36,282 nucleotides of DNA from a virus: the IMG/VR virus record IMGVR_UViG_3300045988_138021, positions 1 through 36,282 of that record; one strand, given 5' to 3'. The notes below the pieces were generated by a model, which did no database searches, was not told the DNA's origin, and saw only the letters and a list, made by a program, of their open reading frames with translations. Numbering within the stretch: the first letter of the stretch is position 1; each line of letters opens with the position of its first letter. The position numbers and the translations under genes are program-made. This document shows, piece after piece, positions 26,970-34,285 of this stretch.

Positions 26970-27511
26970 TAGATGCCTTCCTTCTCAAGTTCAAGAATTA
27001 GGGTGTGGGCGTTTAGCGCCTTGAGCTGTAGCCATGCCGGGTTGGTGGTATCGGTAAGAATCGCGGTGAGCCGGTCAATCGTCGCCGTGTACGGGCTATC
27101 AGTCTTAACCGGCGCAGGCTTAGCAGGCTTTGCCTTAGCCGCCTTAGCGGGCTTTGCAGGCGGTGCCAGATACGCGGCGGTTAGAGCCTGTACGGTGGTT
27201 TCTACCACCTTAAGCGCTTTGTTGCGACCGGGCGCGCGGGATACCTTGAGAAATTCCAGAGCCTCCGCGTAGGTGAAATGCCACGCGGCGCTAGTAATCT
27301 TGATGCCCGCGTCGCCTACGGCGTTCGGCGGGTAGTTGAACTTTTCGCCGGTGCCCGGGTGGTTTGCCAGGTAGGAGTTTAGGGCTGCACCGGGTGCCTT
27401 GATGCCCGCCGCTTGGAGCAGGGCAAACGCGCGGATCCAGATTACGCCGTCGTCTTCGACGTAGAAGGTCACGGGTTTGTTGTTGATGGTTTCGTGGTGG
27501 AGACGGGGCAT
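26969..27511 (-). CDS. Hypothetical protein (180 aa) with a Pro/Ala/Lys-rich linker
   Basis: Internal ATG (MPRLHH) with GAAAGGAAA upstream, one nt after the RusA stop, is preferred over the 27613 start. Linker PPAKPAKAAKAKPAKPAPVK. Confidence 0.65.
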   Translation of the reverse strand: MPRLHHETINNKPVTFYVEDDGVIWIRAFALLQAAGIKAPGAALNSYLANHPGTGEKFNYPPNAVGDAGIKITSAAWHFTYAEALEFLKVSRAPGRNKALKVVETTVQALTAAYLAPPAKPAKAAKAKPAKPAPVKTDSPYTATIDRLTAILTDTTNPAWLQLKALNAHTLILELEKEGI

Positions 27512-27512
27512 T

Positions 27513-27935
27513 TTAGCGTTTCCTTTCGTTGTAGATTTGGGTGAGGTGGATGTGTACGCCGGGGTTTTCGCCGTATTCCTTGGTGGCTTCGAGGCGGTGG
27601 CATCGTGCGTCATCTTCGATTATGCCGCCACTGGTCAATGAATCCATGACCGCGCGGGTGAGCTTGTCGATATCGGGTTTTACGGCGTGTATCGGGTCTA
27701 GCGTGCCCTGGTAGAGCGCGCCGCTCTTCGGCTCTGTGAAGACGAATCGTAGCGAGGCTTGGAATGCTCCGACGATTAGCGGCGCTCCGACCGCCTGGCT
27801 GGTCTTGAGGTGGTGTTTACGCATGGTTTCGCGCCACGGTTTAGTTCGTGGGTTATCCTCAATGACGCGCTTTCCGTAAGTGCGTTTAGAGCCTTGGGGG
27901 GCGGGTACGCCGGGTATGAAGGTCTTGTAGTGCAT
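27513..27935 (-). CDS. rusA: RusA-type Holliday junction resolvase
   Basis: PGVPAPQGSKR near the N-terminus and KPDIDKLTRAVMDSLT..GIIEDDARC match RusA family motifs; 140 aa. Confidence 0.85.
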   Translation of the reverse strand: MHYKTFIPGVPAPQGSKRTYGKRVIEDNPRTKPWRETMRKHHLKTSQAVGAPLIVGAFQASLRFVFTEPKSGALYQGTLDPIHAVKPDIDKLTRAVMDSLTSGGIIEDDARCHRLEATKEYGENPGVHIHLTQIYNERKR

Positions 27936-27961
27936 CGTCTGGTTTTCCTTTCGACATTTAC

Positions 27962-27991
27962 ACTATAAACCTAGATGCGGGGTGGACACAA
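27962..27991 (-). promoter_or_regulatory. Promoter cassette copy M (drives the minus-strand island)
   Basis: On the minus strand: TTGTGT, 18 nt ending in AGGTT, TATAGT, then GTAAATGT. Same spacing and flanks as the four plus-strand copies. The short leader runs to a GAAAGGAAAA RBS. Confidence 0.65.
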
Positions 27992-28186
27992 GGCTAGGTA
28001 CTGTGAGTATAGTCACTCTTACGGAATGAACATATACACCTTATATGTGGTATGATTAGTAGTGCCAAGATTGCAAGTGATAGGGTTTTGTCTCTCCAAT
28101 TGTTTTCTTTCGGCTTTGGGTTAAATACCTCTCTAGTCTGCGGATTAGGGGGGTATTTTTTTGCCCGAAAGTGCCCGATACCACCC

Positions 28187-28301
28187 CCTAATTTGGTACC
28201 CCTACCAATTCAGGGGGTACCTGATTTGGTAGGGGGGTCTACCCAATTCAGGGGGTACACCCCCCCCTGATTTGGTAGGGGGGTCTACCCAATTCAGGGG
28301 G
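28187..28301. repeat. Iteron-like repeats (origin candidate)
   Basis: A perfect 36-nt direct repeat at 28220-28255 and 28266-28301 (period 46), with a degenerate copy at 28187-28217. Each unit is an imperfect palindrome, CCTGATTTGGTA...TACC(C)AATTCAGG, flanked by G5-G8/C8 runs. Confidence 0.75.
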
Positions 28302-28309
28302 GGGAAATA

Positions 28310-28356
28310 GAAGTATCTAAATTGAAGTTAAATAAATTGAAGTATCTAAATCGAAG
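28310..28356. repeat. AT-rich repeat block (DNA-unwinding-element candidate)
   Basis: GAAGTATCTAAAT at 28310-28322 and 28339-28351. ATTGAAG / ATCGAAG occurs three times. This is the most AT-rich stretch in the region, directly after the iterons. Confidence 0.6.
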
Positions 28357-28484
28357 ACGCGCGCGGGGCGCGGCGTGTGAGATTGCGAGCTACCCCCCCC
28401 CGGTGCTATGCTGAAAAAGCAAACCCAAACAGCCCGAAAAGAAACCATTACCAGTAATCAAAAAATTTGTTAGGAGAGAAAACC

Positions 28485-29393
28485 ATGAGTATTAACTCAA
28501 TCCTGGCAGCAGGATACGTTACCCACAGCCCCGCCGGTGAACCCCTCACCACTGCACAAATGGCGACCTTGAAAGCCCTTGCTTTCTGCACCGGCGAGCA
28601 CTCCAATGCGTGCTACCCCGCTGTGCAGACCCTCCGAGAAATGACAGGTGTTAGCGTGAACACGATTCGCGCGGCACTGAAAGACCTTGACACTATGGGC
28701 TTTATCACCCGTACCCGCCGCGCTGGCACTTCCACGGTCTACACCTTGCAGATTGGCGCTATGCGTGCTACCCACCGCCGCCGCCGCTGGACTGAAACCC
28801 GGGACACTGGAAACCCGTACACGGGCGACCCTAACGCCGTAACCGCCGTAGATGAAATCCCCGTCGAGGAACAGTCGGTAAATGTCAAGCGCATCAACTT
28901 TGCAGAAGCCCGGGTAGAGCCGGTAGAGGAAACCCCCGCCCCGGTACCCGCTGTACCCGCGCCGGCCAAGAAGACCAAGAAGAAGGGCAGCACCCCCGCC
29001 CGCGTAGAATCCGACTTCCTGGACTTCTACGCCGCATACCCGCGCCATGTGGGAAAAGAAGCCGCGCGCCGCGCGTTTGAGAAGGCCGTGAAGGCCGGAA
29101 CGCCCGCCGCCGATATTGTCGAGAGTGCCCGCCGCTACGCCGCCGCTACCGCCGCCGCTGGCACTGAAACCCGCTACGTGGCACACCCGGCGACCTGGCT
29201 AAACGCGGGGCGTTGGAATGATGACATGGAAGATGCCGCGCCGGTTGAGCTTACCCCCTGGCAGAAGAAGGCCGCGCGCCTCGTGCAGTCTATGCAGGCC
29301 GCCGCCGTGGTGAATAACGCGCCCGCGCTTACCGGCGGGGCACCCGCTACCACGCCCGCCGAACCCCTGGCTATCGAACCGGGCTACATCTAA
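28485..29393 (+). CDS. Replication initiator / replisome organiser (N-terminal HTH)
   Basis: ATG 28485 with GGAGAG upstream. HTH-like CYPAVQTLREMTGVSVNTIRAALKDLDTMGFITRTRR. The C-terminal FLDFYAAYPRHVGKEAARRAFEKA...HPATWLNAGRWNDD block is common in phage replication proteins. Directly downstream of the iterons. Confidence 0.6.
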   Translation: MSINSILAAGYVTHSPAGEPLTTAQMATLKALAFCTGEHSNACYPAVQTLREMTGVSVNTIRAALKDLDTMGFITRTRRAGTSTVYTLQIGAMRATHRRRRWTETRDTGNPYTGDPNAVTAVDEIPVEEQSVNVKRINFAEARVEPVEETPAPVPAVPAPAKKTKKKGSTPARVESDFLDFYAAYPRHVGKEAARRAFEKAVKAGTPAADIVESARRYAAATAAAGTETRYVAHPATWLNAGRWNDDMEDAAPVELTPWQKKAARLVQSMQAAAVVNNAPALTGGAPATTPAEPLAIEPGYI

Positions 29394-29404
29394 GGAGCGG
29401 CGAC

Positions 29405-29869
29405 ATGAACAAGCAAGAATGCGCAACGTTCTACGCACAAGCGGCAAAGGTTGATAGCCGCCTCCCTGATCGTGAATTTGATGAGTTCGACGCTTGGGAA
29501 ATGCTTCTAGCCGACATTCCCCCCAAGTTCGCGCCTATGATTTTTCGCGAAATCTACCGCCACGTTCAGGTTCAGCAGCTACAACCTGGCCATATTGTCG
29601 AGGCGTGGGAAACCGTTCGTAAGAACGTAAACGCCGCTATCGCCCGGTGCCAGTCTTTCGAGAAGCGCACGCGCGAGCTGGACGTGTCAGACCGTGAAGA
29701 TGCCACGAAATTTAACGAGATTGTGGAAGCGCATAACTCCGCTGTGGACGCGCTACCGGTTGAGGTAGCGGCGGCTAATGGGTTTAGCCGTAAGGAGCTG
29801 GTACCTGTACCGGGTGAACGCAAGCCCGCGCCCGCCCCGGCGTGGTTTAAGTCACTGCAAAAAAGTTAG
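29405..29869 (+). CDS. Hypothetical protein (154 aa), replication-module neighbour
   Basis: AAGGAG RBS; no NTPase motif seen. Confidence 0.7.
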   Translation: MNKQECATFYAQAAKVDSRLPDREFDEFDAWEMLLADIPPKFAPMIFREIYRHVQVQQLQPGHIVEAWETVRKNVNAAIARCQSFEKRTRELDVSDREDATKFNEIVEAHNSAVDALPVEVAAANGFSRKELVPVPGERKPAPAPAWFKSLQKS

Positions 29870-29877
29870 GTTCTGGC

Positions 29878-29934
29878 TTGCGCCGGGCTTCTAAGTAGGT
29901 TTACACTATAAATGTAAGGCAAAGGAAGCCCTAC
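29878..29934 (+). promoter_or_regulatory. Promoter cassette copy A with leader hairpin
   Basis: TTGCGC (29878), 18 nt, TACACT (29902), ATAAAT, then GTAAGG (29914-29919) pairing with CCCTAC (29929-29934, one mismatch), then CCCAAACCGAAAGGAA and ATG 29962. Confidence 0.65.
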
Positions 29935-29961
29935 AAAACACCCAAACCGAAAGGAACCGAG

Positions 29962-30372
29962 ATGTTCAACCTCACCGCAAACCCCGCCAATGACCGCTAC
30001 CTCACCGCAGACCTGGGCGGCGACACCACCAATGTAAAGCTTCTGGTATGCCCCGATTACGTGGCAGGCACCCATTACGTGATGATTGACCACAAGAGTG
30101 CTATGAAGCTTGCAAACCCCAAGAAGCCCGGTAAGTGGATTCAGGAACTCCGAAATGGACTACGACAGCACAACGGTGCGGCTCAGCTCTGGAGCACCAC
30201 ACCCGAACCCGGTAAGGGTGCGCTAGTCACCGCATGGAAGACCGAGGACGCAATTAACTATCTCGACCTTGATAACGTGATCCGCGCTATCGAAGACCGC
30301 GCCCCCGCATCACACAAGCCTAACGCCGCTATTCTCCGAGACCTCAAGCGTGAGATTGTAGGCGGCATCTAA
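29962..30372 (+). CDS. Hypothetical protein (136 aa), promoter-proximal gene of unit A
   Basis: CGAAAGGAA RBS 7 nt upstream; followed by a GC hairpin. Confidence 0.75.
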   Translation: MFNLTANPANDRYLTADLGGDTTNVKLLVCPDYVAGTHYVMIDHKSAMKLANPKKPGKWIQELRNGLRQHNGAAQLWSTTPEPGKGALVTAWKTEDAINYLDLDNVIRAIEDRAPASHKPNAAILRDLKREIVGGI

Positions 30373-30397
30373 CCCCCGCCGGTTACCGGCAACTAAC

Positions 30398-30421
30398 GCC
30401 CCGCCCCTCACCGGGCGGGGC
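30398..30421 (+). terminator. 24-nt GC hairpin GCCCCGCCC-CTCACC-GGGCGGGGC (attenuator/terminator candidate)
   Basis: 9-bp all-GC stem with no U-tract. Identical to 36118-36141 and the reverse complement of 34248-34271. Confidence 0.5.
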
Positions 30422-30442
30422 GCACACCACCGAAAGAAGGAC

Positions 30443-30658
30443 ATGATGAAGACACTCATCACCCGCTACCCGCGAACCATCGGGTACACCGTAATAGCAG
30501 CACTACAGCTCACCGCATTTTTCGCGGCCATGCTGAATAACCGGCTAGACCCGGCGCACATCTCAAACGTGCTTCTCTCCGTAATCGTCGTGTGCTGTGG
30601 CTTTGAAATTGACATGCTAAAGCTTGAGAAGAAGGATACCCCCCCCCGTGAAAATTAA
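30443..30658 (+). CDS. Small membrane protein (71 aa, two hydrophobic segments)
   Basis: CGAAAGAAGG RBS. Segments TIGYTVIAALQLTAFFAAML and ISNVLLSVIVVCCGF. Confidence 0.65.
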   Translation: MMKTLITRYPRTIGYTVIAALQLTAFFAAMLNNRLDPAHISNVLLSVIVVCCGFEIDMLKLEKKDTPPREN

Positions 30659-30665
30659 CACTCTC

Positions 30666-31562
30666 ATGCGCCGCGCCGTACCCGCGCCCGCCCCCGGCTC
30701 CGACGAATGGAAGCGCAAGATTACCGCCTCCAAGGTGGCATCTGTGGTCTGTAAAAGCCCCTGGACTTCCAAGTTTGCACTACACGCTGAGATGACCGGC
30801 CGCTACGAGGCAGACCCGATTAACCCGGCGGTATTGGAAGCCGGTAACCTACTGGAACCGGCGGTAGCGGATTGGTTTCAGCTGCACAACCCCGGGGTAG
30901 AAGTCCGTGAGTGCAAGAAGCGCAACACTCCCGTATGGTGGGTGGCGCGCGACAATGAAGACTTTGCCGCTACCCCTGACCGTATCCTAGTCGATAAAGC
31001 GACGGGTGAAGTTACCGCGCTACTGGAAATCAAGACCGCGCGCGTCGCCTCCGAATGGGGTGAAGAGGGTACCGAAGAAATCCCCGAGCACTACCGCCTA
31101 CAGGCGCTTTGGCAGATGAAATGCACCGGCGTGCGAACTGTTATTTTCGCTGTGCTGCACGCCGGGCTGAGGTTCGCTACATATCGCGTCGAGTGGGACT
31201 ATGCAGATATTGCGTGGCTTACGGCTGAGGCAGAGGTTTTTATGAACGCGGTACGCACCGGAAAGACACCCGATTACAAGGAAGAGCCGGGCGCGTTCTC
31301 GACCTATGAGGTGTTTAGGTATTATTTCCCTGAGTGCAACGGTGAAGCTGTGATGTTGAGTGATGATCTGGTATACCGTACCCGCCGGGCAAAGCGCCTA
31401 AAGCGATTGGCCGCGCGTGCTGAGGATATCGTCAAGAATGAGCTAACCGCCGTTATGGGGAACGCGAGCGCGGGCGTTGATTACGCGAACCGCACGGTAG
31501 CGCGCCGTTCACAGCGAAAGACCCCCAAGGGGTTTAGCCGCCCGTGGGTGACTATGGTCTAG
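30666..31562 (+). CDS. YqaJ-type (lambda Exo-like) recombination exonuclease
   Basis: GSDEWKRKITASKVASV, EAGNLLEP, ATPDRIL, LLEIKTA and EHYRLQALWQMKCTG match the YqaJ/PD-(D/E)xK pattern. ATG 30666 preferred over TTG 30624. Confidence 0.85.
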   Translation: MRRAVPAPAPGSDEWKRKITASKVASVVCKSPWTSKFALHAEMTGRYEADPINPAVLEAGNLLEPAVADWFQLHNPGVEVRECKKRNTPVWWVARDNEDFAATPDRILVDKATGEVTALLEIKTARVASEWGEEGTEEIPEHYRLQALWQMKCTGVRTVIFAVLHAGLRFATYRVEWDYADIAWLTAEAEVFMNAVRTGKTPDYKEEPGAFSTYEVFRYYFPECNGEAVMLSDDLVYRTRRAKRLKRLAARAEDIVKNELTAVMGNASAGVDYANRTVARRSQRKTPKGFSRPWVTMV

Positions 31563-31611
31563 GCAGCTGTAGCGGCGCTGGAAAATTTTCTAAATTTTTT
31601 CCGGTTTGGGC

Positions 31612-31684
31612 TTGTTTTCCCCTCATAAATAGGTTTATACTATAAATGTAAGGAAGAACAAAGACACCAAGTCGGAAACCTTAC
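31612..31684 (+). promoter_or_regulatory. Promoter cassette copy B with leader hairpin
   Basis: TTGTTT (31612), 18 nt, TATACT (31636), ATAAAT, then GTAAGG (31648-31653) pairing with CCTTAC (31679-31684). AT-rich upstream block GAAAATTTTCTAAATTTTTT at 31581-31600. Confidence 0.65.
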
Positions 31685-31710
31685 AACCCAAACCGAAAGG
31701 AAAACGAATC

Positions 31711-32082
31711 ATGGAACTCACCGCTAAGGACTTCACCGCCCGCCTCGCGGAGAAGGGTTACACCCCCGGTATTGACTTCGACGCAGATAACGGCGACGAA
31801 CCGAACACCGTGAAGCTCACCGGCGCTATCACTTTCAACGGCGCAGATGGTTTTATGGACTTCCGCAACGCAGAGGAATACTACGACATCACGTGTGCAG
31901 AGTATGAAGACCTCGCAATGTTCACTAAGACCTACGACCTGACCGAGGCACAGGTTACCGAAATCGAGACCGGCGGCGAACCCAGCAACGCAGAACAGGA
32001 AGAAAAGTTCTTCGACGCATGGCGTGCAGCTCTCGACGGTATCGGTATCGACCTGAACGACATCAAGGTTTCCAGCCGCTAA
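31711..32082 (+). CDS. Strongly acidic hypothetical protein (123 aa), promoter-proximal gene of unit B
   Basis: CGAAAGGAAAA RBS. By my count about 28 Asp/Glu against about 10 Lys/Arg. Confidence 0.75.
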   Translation: MELTAKDFTARLAEKGYTPGIDFDADNGDEPNTVKLTGAITFNGADGFMDFRNAEEYYDITCAEYEDLAMFTKTYDLTEAQVTEIETGGEPSNAEQEEKFFDAWRAALDGIGIDLNDIKVSSR

Positions 32083-32107
32083 GCACCGCACATAACCACC
32101 GATAACC

Positions 32108-32147
32108 GCCGGGCGGAGGTACTTCCGAATACCCGCCGCCGCCCGGC
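32108..32147 (+). terminator. GC hairpin after the first gene of unit B
   Basis: GCCGGGCGG (32108-32116) pairs with CCGCCCGGC (32139-32147); 22-nt loop; followed by ATTT. Confidence 0.45.
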
Positions 32148-32176
32148 ATTTACCACCACCGAAAGGAACCTACACC

Positions 32177-32995
32177 GTGAGCACTGAAATTCAGCAATTC
32201 ACAGGCACCGCTCTACAGGTAAAGAATGATTTTGTAGATCCCATCAAGAACGCGATTACCGGCGCGTTACCGCTATTCATGCGTGAAGACTCCGAGGCCT
32301 GGATTAGGGGCGCAATTCTGGAGGTTAGCAAGACTCCGCAGCTTGTCCAGTACGCCAAAAACAATTTTCCAGCATTTGCAGGCACGCTAACCCGTGTCGC
32401 CGCGCTGGGTTTACCGCTCAACCGTGACATGGTGTACGTGCTCCCCTTTGCATCGAAACAGGGGATGCAGGCCAACGTTATCATGGGTTGGCGCGGTGAG
32501 CTTGAACTCATTTATCGCGCGGGCAACGTCGAGACCGTCCACCATGAAGAAATCTTTGAGAATGACCGGTACGAATGGAGGGACGGCGCCCCCCGCCTTA
32601 TCGCTCCCGCCCCGGAAGGGCAGCGCGGCAAAATCAAGCACGCCGTAGCATGGGCTGTCTTGAAGAGCGGCAAAATCAGCCAATACGCGGTTGTGAGTGC
32701 CGACCGCATCGCCGCCGCCAAGAAAGCATCACGCGGCTCTAACTCCCCGTCTAGCCCCTGGGTACAACACGAGGTAGCAATGTGGCGCAAAACGGCAATT
32801 CATGAGCTGGCTAATTTCGTGGACTCAAGTGTAGAGGAGTGCCGCCCGGAACGCCTGGAAGCCATGAAGACCCGCGCCGCCCTAGCGCTGGACGTGGAGC
32901 GCGAAAAAACCGCGCGTATGGAAGCGGAAAACCGCGCCCTTGAACTCAAGCTAAAGCTAATGGAACTGGAAGCAAAGAAGAAGGAGGAAAGCTAA
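32177..32995 (+). CDS. recT: RecT-family single-strand annealing protein
   Basis: VYVLPFASKQGMQANVIMGWRGELELIYRAGNVETVHHEEIFENDRYEW fits the RecT core. GTG start with a GAAAGGAA RBS. Partnered with the YqaJ exonuclease. Confidence 0.85.
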   Translation: MSTEIQQFTGTALQVKNDFVDPIKNAITGALPLFMREDSEAWIRGAILEVSKTPQLVQYAKNNFPAFAGTLTRVAALGLPLNRDMVYVLPFASKQGMQANVIMGWRGELELIYRAGNVETVHHEEIFENDRYEWRDGAPRLIAPAPEGQRGKIKHAVAWAVLKSGKISQYAVVSADRIAAAKKASRGSNSPSSPWVQHEVAMWRKTAIHELANFVDSSVEECRPERLEAMKTRAALALDVEREKTARMEAENRALELKLKLMELEAKKKEES

Positions 32996-33321
32996 TGACT
33001 CTAGACGCTCACCGCGTAGACCATGTGCGCAATTTCGATTTTTCAAAGATCCCTAGCGGCTGGTCACTTCTTGCTGAACGCATGGTGCGATACGCCGCAT
33101 TGCACGCCGATTCGCGCGGTGTACTGAACATCAACCGGAAAACTTTTTTTGCTGAGTCAGTTGGTGAAAAGAGCGCACAATACGAGGCAAACCTAATCAA
33201 CGCGATTAACCGCAAGGTGGACGGCGTTACATTTTCTACCGTTGGACGCGGTTCAAGCGCCCGCCTTGTAATCGTCTTTGATGACGAAAAAATCAGTAAG
33301 AGCATGGAAAAGAAGGGTTAG
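32995..33321 (+). CDS. Hypothetical protein (108 aa)
   Basis: AAGGAGGAAA RBS; ATG overlaps the RecT stop. Confidence 0.7.
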   Translation: MTLDAHRVDHVRNFDFSKIPSGWSLLAERMVRYAALHADSRGVLNINRKTFFAESVGEKSAQYEANLINAINRKVDGVTFSTVGRGSSARLVIVFDDEKISKSMEKKG

Positions 33322-33324
33322 AAC

Positions 33325-33876
33325 ATGTCTTCTACCGTAACAGTACTAGGAAATATTGGAGCGGATGCAGAGCGACGCGAAACACAGAACGGAACCCCGT
33401 ATCTCACGTTCACCGTTGCGGATTCACGCTCTAAATGGGACGCGGCCGCCGGTAAGTATGTCACGCTAAATACGACGTGGCGACGCGTAACCACCTTTAA
33501 GGGGTTGGACTATTTGCCCGATCAGCTTGTCAGGGGTGCGACCGTCTACGTATCCGGTAGCGAAGAATTGCGCACCTGGGACAAAGAGGACGGGACGAAG
33601 GGTTACAGCCTGGATGTTATGGCGCATGTGGTGAAGGTGGTATCAAAGTCCACCGATAGCGGGGCACCCGCGCAGGTTCAGACTCAGCCGGTGCAGGGTT
33701 ACCCGGCGGCGAACACCCCGGTTGCACAGCCCGGTTATGCGCAGCAGGGACAGCAGGGACAGCCGCCCGCCACGTATGCACAGCCCGCGCAGGCCGCGCC
33801 GCCCGCTGGTTATGCCGCCGCCACTAACGCTTCGAGCGGTTGGGTTGGATACGATAACGGGGCGACCCCGTTCTAG
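33325..33876 (+). CDS. ssb: Single-stranded DNA-binding protein
   Basis: OB-fold N-terminus VTVLGNIGADAERRETQNGTPYLTFTVA...WRRVTTF...VYVSGSEELRTW. Gly/Gln/Pro-rich linker and a C-terminal tip ending ATPF. Confidence 0.88.
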   Translation: MSSTVTVLGNIGADAERRETQNGTPYLTFTVADSRSKWDAAAGKYVTLNTTWRRVTTFKGLDYLPDQLVRGATVYVSGSEELRTWDKEDGTKGYSLDVMAHVVKVVSKSTDSGAPAQVQTQPVQGYPAANTPVAQPGYAQQGQQGQPPATYAQPAQAAPPAGYAAATNASSGWVGYDNGATPF

Positions 33877-33889
33877 ATCCGATAGCCAG

Positions 33890-33920
33890 AACCCCCGGTG
33901 AATAATCGCCGGGGGTTTGG
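33890..33920 (+). terminator. Terminator after ssb
   Basis: AACCCCCGG pairs with CCGGGGGTT (10-nt loop), followed by TTGG. Confidence 0.55.
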
Positions 33921-33966
33921 CGTATCTAGGGCGCGAAAAAAAGTTTGAAAAATCTTTGATTCTGGC

Positions 33967-34023
33967 TTGCTTTCCACCCCACACAAGGTTTACGCTATAA
34001 ATGTAAGGCAACGAAGACCTTAC
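33967..34023 (+). promoter_or_regulatory. Promoter cassette copy C with leader hairpin
   Basis: TTGCTT (33967), 18 nt, TACGCT (33991), ATAAAT, then GTAAGG (34003-34008) pairing with CCTTAC (34018-34023). Confidence 0.65.
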
Positions 34024-34051
34024 AAAAACCCAAACCCGAAAGGAAACCCCA

Positions 34052-34231
34052 ATGTTGGAGTACTACGAAATCCAGGAATACGTTACCGAGGTAGCAGCAG
34101 GTAACTACCCGTTCCGAGTAATCGACGCGGTAACCGCCGATATTTACGAACGCGGTATAGCCGTCGAGATGGAAGACCTCAAGGCTTACCCGCGAACCCG
34201 TGAACTTCTCAAGATTCACAACGCGGCCTAA
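34052..34231 (+). CDS. 59-aa acidic protein, promoter-proximal gene of unit C (not in the ORF track), paralogue of 35923-36102
   Basis: Hand translation MLEYYEIQEYVTEVAAGNYPFRVIDAVTADIYERGIAVEMEDLKAYPRTRELLKIHNAA*. CGAAAGGAAA RBS. Same length and position as the unit D gene. Confidence 0.7.
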   Translation: MLEYYEIQEYVTEVAAGNYPFRVIDAVTADIYERGIAVEMEDLKAYPRTRELLKIHNAA

Positions 34232-34247
34232 CAACCAACCAACCTAC

Positions 34248-34271
34248 GCCCCGCCCGGTGAGGGGCGGGGC
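34248..34271 (+). terminator. 24-nt GC hairpin, inverted copy (loop GGTGAG)
   Basis: GCCCCGCCC-GGTGAG-GGGCGGGGC is the exact reverse complement of 30398-30421. Confidence 0.5.
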
Positions 34272-34285
34272 ACCCCTAGCAAATC

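Noticed and set aside
27983-28013. Rightward promoter for the replication genes (TGGACA, 19 nt, TATAGT), back-to-back with promoter copy M
   Set aside because: The spacer is long, there is no extended -10, and the cassette flanks are not shared. It would also give a leader of about 470 nt. Possible, but not supportable without TSS data.
28052-28270. 72-aa ORF in the ORF track
   Set aside because: It lies entirely within the divergent-promoter and iteron region, is built from the repeat units and G/C runs, and has no RBS. More likely non-coding origin DNA.
28187-28301. Possible CRISPR array (36-nt direct repeats)
   Set aside because: There are only two perfect copies plus one degenerate copy, separated by about 10 nt of homopolymer rather than unique spacers. 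The units are palindromic and there are no cas genes. The pattern fits iterons.
28212-28304. G-quadruplex from five G5-G8 runs
   Set aside because: The runs are 14-20 nt apart, too far for a canonical intramolecular G4. Their regular placement follows the iteron period, which explains them better.
29901-29917. Operator-like palindrome TTACA-N7-TGTAA overlapping the -10 of promoter copy A
   Set aside because: The 5-bp arms are perfect only in copy A. Copies B, C and D each break one arm (TTATA, TTACG). The symmetry may be incidental to the -10 and leader sequence. Kept only as a remark under the promoter finding.
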